Assembly: GCF_018336915.1 (NCBI RefSeq)
Contig: NZ_CP064923.1
Coordinates: 1,230,001-1,262,000, forward strand
Direction: 5' to 3'
DNA length: 32,000 nucleotides
Source of the DNA: Acaryochloris marina S15
GTDB lineage: Bacteria > Cyanobacteriota > Cyanobacteriia > Thermosynechococcales > Thermosynechococcaceae
Positions 27,590-32,000 of the stretch are shown here, piece after piece. The stretch's first letter is position 1; every line of letters begins with the position of its first letter. Below the pieces are notes generated by a model, which saw only the letters and a list, made by a program, of their open reading frames with translations, made no database searches and was not told where the DNA came from. Position numbers and translations under genes: made by a program.

Positions 27590-28174
27590 ATGACTCAACT
27601 TCCTATTGCTGCCTTCATTGCTGCCGCTCGTTCCGGTCGGCTGATCAGTTTCCCTACGGATACGGTTCCGGCCTTGGCTGTCCGTCCTGACCAGGCTTCG
27701 CAAATCTTTGCAGCCAAGCAAAGACAGCCGGATAAACCCCTGATTTTGATGGGGGCTTCTCCAGAAGCACTTTGGCCTTATGTAGGTGGCAGTGAGGAAG
27801 AATTGCAGCAGTGGCAACAGATGGCTGCTGACTATTGGCCGGGAGCGTTGACGTTGGTGTTACCGACTTGCGATCGCGTCCCTCCAGCCATGAATCCCCT
27901 CAACCCCGACAGTATTGGCATTCGAGTACCCAATTCCAAGGTGGCTCAAATGATTTTGCAGCAAACTGGCCCCTTAGCTACCACCAGCATCAATCGCTCC
28001 GGGCAACCCGCTTTAACCACCGTTCAGGATATTAATCAATACTTCCCCGAAGTATTCACTCCTCTAGTTCACCTATGGCCTGAACCTCAATCGTCAGAAT
28101 CTTTGCCGTCGACCGTCATCAAATGGGATGGGCAAGATTGGGAGGTTTTGCGTCAGGGGGCAATCCAGATTTAG
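27590..28174 (+). CDS. tsaC: L-threonylcarbamoyladenylate synthase (TsaC/YrdC/Sua5 family)
   Basis: Motifs FPTDTVPALA, KQRQPDKPLILM, PGALTLVL, IGIRVP and TSINRSG. Confidence 0.85.
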   Translation: MTQLPIAAFIAAARSGRLISFPTDTVPALAVRPDQASQIFAAKQRQPDKPLILMGASPEALWPYVGGSEEELQQWQQMAADYWPGALTLVLPTCDRVPPAMNPLNPDSIGIRVPNSKVAQMILQQTGPLATTSINRSGQPALTTVQDINQYFPEVFTPLVHLWPEPQSSESLPSTVIKWDGQDWEVLRQGAIQI

Positions 28175-28290
28175 GTCAAATGTTCTTTGGTTGGTTCAAT
28201 TTCTAAGTGTAACGATTGCTCAATTTTTCAGAAGCTAGTGGATACCGCTAATCTTTTGAACTTTATGACCACTCATTAGTATAGTGTTGC

Positions 28291-28578
28291 CTAAAATAGT
28301 GCTTCAAGGTCACGATAGCCACTGACAACGCGTACGACATCAATGCCATCTGGTCTGGGGTAGTAAAAAATAATATAGTCATCCACACTCAACCCACGTA
28401 ATCCCTGGGATAAAAGTTCGTAGGACTTACCCATGTTAGGAAATTCAGCCGCCTGACGACACTTTTGACGGAAGGTATCGAACAGCTTACTCGCAGCATC
28501 AGGATTTCGCTTAGCAATATAATCGCAAATATTGTCTAGGTCTTGGATAGCTGCTTCAGAGAAAGAATAGCTGCTCAT
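28291..28578 (-). CDS. parE: type II toxin ParE/RelE family
   Basis: 95 aa with a ParE-like pattern (A..DL..I..YIA..NP.AA, YIIFY, VVRVVSGYRDL). A 4-bp ATGA overlap links it to the upstream antitoxin. Confidence 0.85.
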   Translation of the reverse strand: MSSYSFSEAAIQDLDNICDYIAKRNPDAASKLFDTFRQKCRQAAEFPNMGKSYELLSQGLRGLSVDDYIIFYYPRPDGIDVVRVVSGYRDLEALF

Positions 28579-28826
28579 GCCTCTGGTGGAGACATATTGC
28601 TAATCTTGGCCTGTAGATGATCAAACACAGCTTCCCCATCCACAACTTTGCCTTGTTGGATTTGTTCTGTACCAACATCTATCTGGTGACGAAGTTCTTC
28701 CAGTCGTTGGTCTTGCTCTAACAACATTAAGGCCATATCGAAGAGTTCATCGACGGTATTGAATCGCCCCTTTTCAAGCTGCTTTTGAACAAACTGCTTT
28801 TGCGCGGGTTTGAGTTCAATGTACAT
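28575..28826 (-). CDS. parD: type II antitoxin ParD family
   Basis: 83 aa with the RHH-like N-terminus MYIELKPAQKQFVQKQLEKGRFNTVDE. It is translationally coupled to parE. Confidence 0.8.
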   Translation of the reverse strand: MYIELKPAQKQFVQKQLEKGRFNTVDELFDMALMLLEQDQRLEELRHQIDVGTEQIQQGKVVDGEAVFDHLQAKISNMSPPEA

Positions 28827-28892
28827 GAGGTATGACTGTGGAGATGGATGGTGTTTCTATTTTAATGGGTCTTATGAATTGCCATGCAAAGG

Positions 28893-29459
28893 TCAGTAGG
28901 AATCACAAATCTGACAATGTTTGGCAGTAGCTTCCATAGCAATTAGATTACCCCGCGCATCTAGCTGATATTGACAGCAGGCATGGAAAAGAGAGCCTAG
29001 CAGTCGCCTTCCCCGCTGTACGCGCGATTTAACGGCAGAGTGAGAAAGCCTTAATTCTTCAGCCAAGACTTTCTGGGATTTTCCTTGTAAATCAACCCAA
29101 TCGACAGCCTCGCGATATTTATCAGGCAATTGGGCGATAAATGGTCGAATACAGCGAGCTAGTTCCTGCCGAATTTGCTCATAATCTTCCACCTTGTTAT
29201 CGAGCTGAGGCAGATGAGTGATATCGACCTCAGCTCTGTCTGGGTGAGGTCTTCGATAATAGTCAATCAAAGAATTGCGGGCAATTTGAAACAGCCATAC
29301 TTGAATCTTGCTGGGCTGCTGTACAGTTCCCAGACGTTGGTAAGACTTAATCCAAATGTCTTGAAGGAGGTCATCCACATCAGCAGGATTGTGGACTCTA
29401 GTCTGGAGAAAGTGCCGTAATTGCTGTTGATAGTCTTGCCAAAGCTGTTCGATATCCAT
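28893..29459 (-). CDS. ECF sigma factor, SigZ-like, with a C-terminal Cys-rich extension
   Basis: Region 2 (DDLLQDIWIKSY, FQIARNSLIDYYR) and region 4 (LAEELRLSHSAVKSRVQRGR), plus the tail HACCQYQLDARGN...HCQICDSY. The start at MDIEQLW (29459) avoids overlap with the upstream gene. Confidence 0.8.
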   Translation of the reverse strand: MDIEQLWQDYQQQLRHFLQTRVHNPADVDDLLQDIWIKSYQRLGTVQQPSKIQVWLFQIARNSLIDYYRRPHPDRAEVDITHLPQLDNKVEDYEQIRQELARCIRPFIAQLPDKYREAVDWVDLQGKSQKVLAEELRLSHSAVKSRVQRGRRLLGSLFHACCQYQLDARGNLIAMEATAKHCQICDSY

Positions 29460-29475
29460 TTGAAGCACCACCCGA

Positions 29476-29865
29476 TCAGGCACAGCCACAAGCTAACGAT
29501 TCTGAGTCTTCTAGAACAGCGTAGATTTCCCAGGCGTCTCCATCTGTATCCGTGACCCAAGCTTTGTCTTGAACCGCATAGCAACAGGTGGTCTGATCTT
29601 CTGATCGAACTGATAGGCTAGCTTTGCTAAGACGTTCCCTTTCCTGGGCAACCTGCTCAGATGACTCCATTTCAATACCCAAGTGGTTTAACTTGTGGGT
29701 GGCTGTGGGGTTTTCGAATAACACCAGTTTGAGAGACGGGTTTGCGATCGCAAAGTTGGTATACCCAGGCCGACGCTTGGCAGGCTCAGTGGCAAACAGT
29801 TTGCTGTAAAAATGGGTAGCAGCTTCCAGGTCTTGGACATTTAGGGCGAGTTGTAAACGAGACAT
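29476..29865 (-). CDS. arsI: ArsI/CadI family metalloenzyme (VOC/glyoxalase fold; C-As lyase-like)
   Basis: MSRLQLALNVQDLEAATHFYSKLF...PGYTNFAI...LKLVL...LNHLGIE...TCCYAVQDKAWVTD...WEIY closely follows ArsI/CadI as I recall it. This includes the vicinal Cys pair. Confidence 0.85.
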   Translation of the reverse strand: MSRLQLALNVQDLEAATHFYSKLFATEPAKRRPGYTNFAIANPSLKLVLFENPTATHKLNHLGIEMESSEQVAQERERLSKASLSVRSEDQTTCCYAVQDKAWVTDTDGDAWEIYAVLEDSESLACGCA

Positions 29866-29958
29866 CGTTTGGCCTCTAGTTCAAATTTTGATGGCTTCAC
29901 TCCTATAGACGAAACCGCTCAGTCAAAGACGCATCTGTTCCCTGGATAGACCGACCCA

Positions 29959-30939
29959 TCACTTGTTTTTTCGTTTTTTATTCTTTGGTTTCACAACCCC
30001 AAACCCCGTGGTTTTCTTCCCTGACTTCTTCTGGCTCTGTGATAAGGCACCCTTGCCAAAGGCGTGTAATTTGCCCTGTTCAGGTTGCGACTCAGTGGGC
30101 ATATTTGCCAATTGGCGGATATGCTCCATCCATTCGGGTTCCTGATGCTGAAGTTCTTCTGGAGAAAAGTCGGCTTCTGTTGCCAATCCTAACGAAATCT
30201 GCACTCTTGCCCAGCTGCCACAAAACATTTCGTCCATTGGGCCTTCTTTGTAAGCCCGTTCGAGCACACTGGCGGCTCCAGTCGCTTTTAAGTTGAGTAA
30301 TTCGCAGACTAAACTTCCATTAGTCTCTGCTGCCTGTTCCTTGTGTCGAGCCAGGGCTGCTGTTAATTCATCAATGCAGTCTTGCCGATAATCAGGATAT
30401 CGTTGAGCAATTTTGGTGAGTCCTGAAGCGGCTGTAGATATACCCAGCCAAGGGCGTTTCCCTTCAGCTAGATAATCTGAGAGTGTTGGAATACAGGTTG
30501 GACCTATTTTTGCCAAGATGGCGGGCAACTCTTCCCTTAAAAAGTCATACTCACTATCAAAGAGAGCCAACAGTGCTTGAATCGCATTCTCTGTTTTGAG
30601 TTGACCTAATGCACGACAAGCATGCATGGGGGAGTAACACTCTCCCTCATCATCCCAGTTCAAGTTTTCTTCAGCAGCGAGCCGACTGAGTTCAGGGATA
30701 TGAGCTTCTGTAAATCCAAGGGCTTGAAGATAGTCAATATCTTCAGAGCTGTTTAAATCTGCAGGATATCCTTGGGTGAGGAGTTGGGCTACAGGATCTT
30801 GGTAAGCAGGGATAGGCATAGTTTCAAGAACAGAAGGCGTGTTAATAGTAGCATTGACCCAGTTGGCTTTGTGTGCCCAGGCATTGACCTCGATCAGCAC
30901 TCCCCGATCGAGCCCCACAACCGTTTGAATGAAGGTCAT
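29959..30939 (-). CDS. hypothetical helical-repeat protein with a Lys-rich C-terminal tail (possibly DUF1186-like)
   Basis: 326-aa ORF whose alpha-helical repeat character is judged from the sequence. The tail is SQKKSGKKTTGFGVVKPKNKKRKNK. An alternative start at M41 (30819) is possible. Confidence 0.55.
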   Translation of the reverse strand: MTFIQTVVGLDRGVLIEVNAWAHKANWVNATINTPSVLETMPIPAYQDPVAQLLTQGYPADLNSSEDIDYLQALGFTEAHIPELSRLAAEENLNWDDEGECYSPMHACRALGQLKTENAIQALLALFDSEYDFLREELPAILAKIGPTCIPTLSDYLAEGKRPWLGISTAASGLTKIAQRYPDYRQDCIDELTAALARHKEQAAETNGSLVCELLNLKATGAASVLERAYKEGPMDEMFCGSWARVQISLGLATEADFSPEELQHQEPEWMEHIRQLANMPTESQPEQGKLHAFGKGALSQSQKKSGKKTTGFGVVKPKNKKRKNK

Positions 30940-31179
30940 CGAGATATATGGTTAACCCTGTCGATGAAAATGCGGGGTACTGCTTTGCCCGATGTTTGAA
31001 ACAATTGGATACACCTTTCCTCCTTGGTTTGGGAAAGATGACTAAAAACAAGACCATCAACAATAGCAGCTCAACTCGATTCCCCATTATTGGGATATCT
31101 GTCACTCTTCTAACTGTTTGGCTAAAGACCCAATAGAGCAGAGTTGAGCAAAGCCAGCCCTTCTAAACTTCGAGTCCTC

Positions 31180-32000
31180 TCACCCTCGATCAATAGGAAC
31201 ATCGGGCAACCGACTCCATTCCTGCCAAGAGCCATCATAGTTACGCACTTGGGGGTAGCCCAACAAATATTTCAAAACAAACCAAACGTAGGCAGAGCGT
31301 CCACCAATGGCACAGTAGGGAAATATTCTCTTATTCGTTGTAATCCCTTGCTGTTGGAAGAGAGCGTGTAACTCATCCGCCGACTTGAACGTTCCATCCT
31401 CATTCAGCGTCTCGGCATGGTCTAGATGCACAGCTCCAGGGATATGTCCCCCAACTTCATCTCCTTGGGTTGGTTCCATCAGATACAGTTCACCCGCATA
31501 TTCAGCCTGTGTTCTTACATCTAGCAAGACTTGATTAGGTCTCTCCAGCGCAGCGAGTACTTCCGCAGACAAGACTCGTAAATTAGCATCAGGTCCTTGC
31601 ACCGGATACAGAGTTGCGGGGAAAGTTGATAACTCCGAAACTACAGGCCCCCTTTGGGCGATCCATTGCTGATATCCCCCATTGAGCACCACTATATTTT
31701 GATGGCCAAAGAGCTGAAATAGCCAAAACATAAATGCCCCCGTACCGGGGTAGCTGCCGTAAGCGACAACGGTTGTAGTTGCGTCAATCCCAGACTTTCC
31801 CAGCAAGGTACTGAAGGCACCAGGATCTAAATTAAGGGACAAATCTGGCATCATCAGTTCTATGCCAATCTGCCAAAAAACTGCACCGGGAATATGGGCA
31901 TTGCTGTAAGTCTCAGGACTCATCTCCACCTCAAGAATGCGAAGATTAGAGTCGTTGAGATGCTCCTTCAGCCATTGTGGATCAACTAAGACTTCGGGAT
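31180..32000 (-). CDS. thiosulfate/3-mercaptopyruvate sulfurtransferase (tandem rhodanese), 5-prime end cut by the window edge
   Basis: Active-site loop CAIGGRS and the rhodanese N-terminal pattern LVDPQWLKEHLNDSNLRILE. The frame stays open to position 32000, and the track start at 31929 is a GTG inside the frame. Confidence 0.85.
   Translation of the reverse strand, partial: PEVLVDPQWLKEHLNDSNLRILEVEMSPETYSNAHIPGAVFWQIGIELMMPDLSLNLDPGAFSTLLGKSGIDATTTVVAYGSYPGTGAFMFWLFQLFGHQNIVVLNGGYQQWIAQRGPVVSELSTFPATLYPVQGPDANLRVLSAEVLAALERPNQVLLDVRTQAEYAGELYLMEPTQGDEVGGHIPGAVHLDHAETLNEDGTFKSADELHALFQQQGITTNKRIFPYCAIGGRSAYVWFVLKYLLGYPQVRNYDGSWQEWSRLPDVPIDRG

Overview
This 32 kb window looks like a cyanobacterial chromosomal segment. 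It carries 11 perfect HIP1 octamers (GCGATCGC), against about 0.5 expected for a random 32 kb sequence. No tRNA, rRNA or CRISPR array was seen.

Most of the window is ordinary housekeeping and accessory coding: pgi, an FHA-domain protein, an AEC transporter, yaaA, a SAM methyltransferase, ftsH, an ABC exporter, a REC-PAS response regulator, a GNAT acetyltransferase, a PEP-CTERM protein, a VTE5-like phytol kinase, thiO, tsaC and a rhodanese.

Regions that stand out:
1. A minus-strand light-stress cluster at 9.7-13.0 kb: hli (unannotated 52-aa HLIP), a group-2 sigma-factor remnant, a possible small RNA, pgr5-like and ftsH. The hli and pgr5 promoters share about 40 nt built on TTTACA (HLR1/RpaB-type) direct repeats, and a third canonical HLR1 pair lies between them.
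2. A 902-bp IS1-family element (8215-9116) with imperfect terminal inverted repeats and an intact 8-bp target duplication. It splits the signal-peptide codons of a secreted-protein gene.
3. A same-strand iron-uptake cluster at 19.2-25.3 kb: PchR-like AraC regulator, AMIN-domain TonB-dependent receptor, AmpG/RhtX/FptX-like MFS permease and a DUF2470 protein. It ends in a small secreted protein with three RGPNGA repeats.
4. An arsI/cadI gene followed by a SigZ-like ECF sigma with a C-terminal Cys4 tail and no adjacent anti-sigma, then parDE.
5. An AT-rich non-coding tract (6.75-7.4 kb) that ends in a strong orphan terminator just upstream of a 35-aa membrane mini-ORF.

I found no clear multi-gene system of a wholly new type. 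The candidates above are leads rather than established systems. All product calls rest on motif recognition by eye, with no database search.
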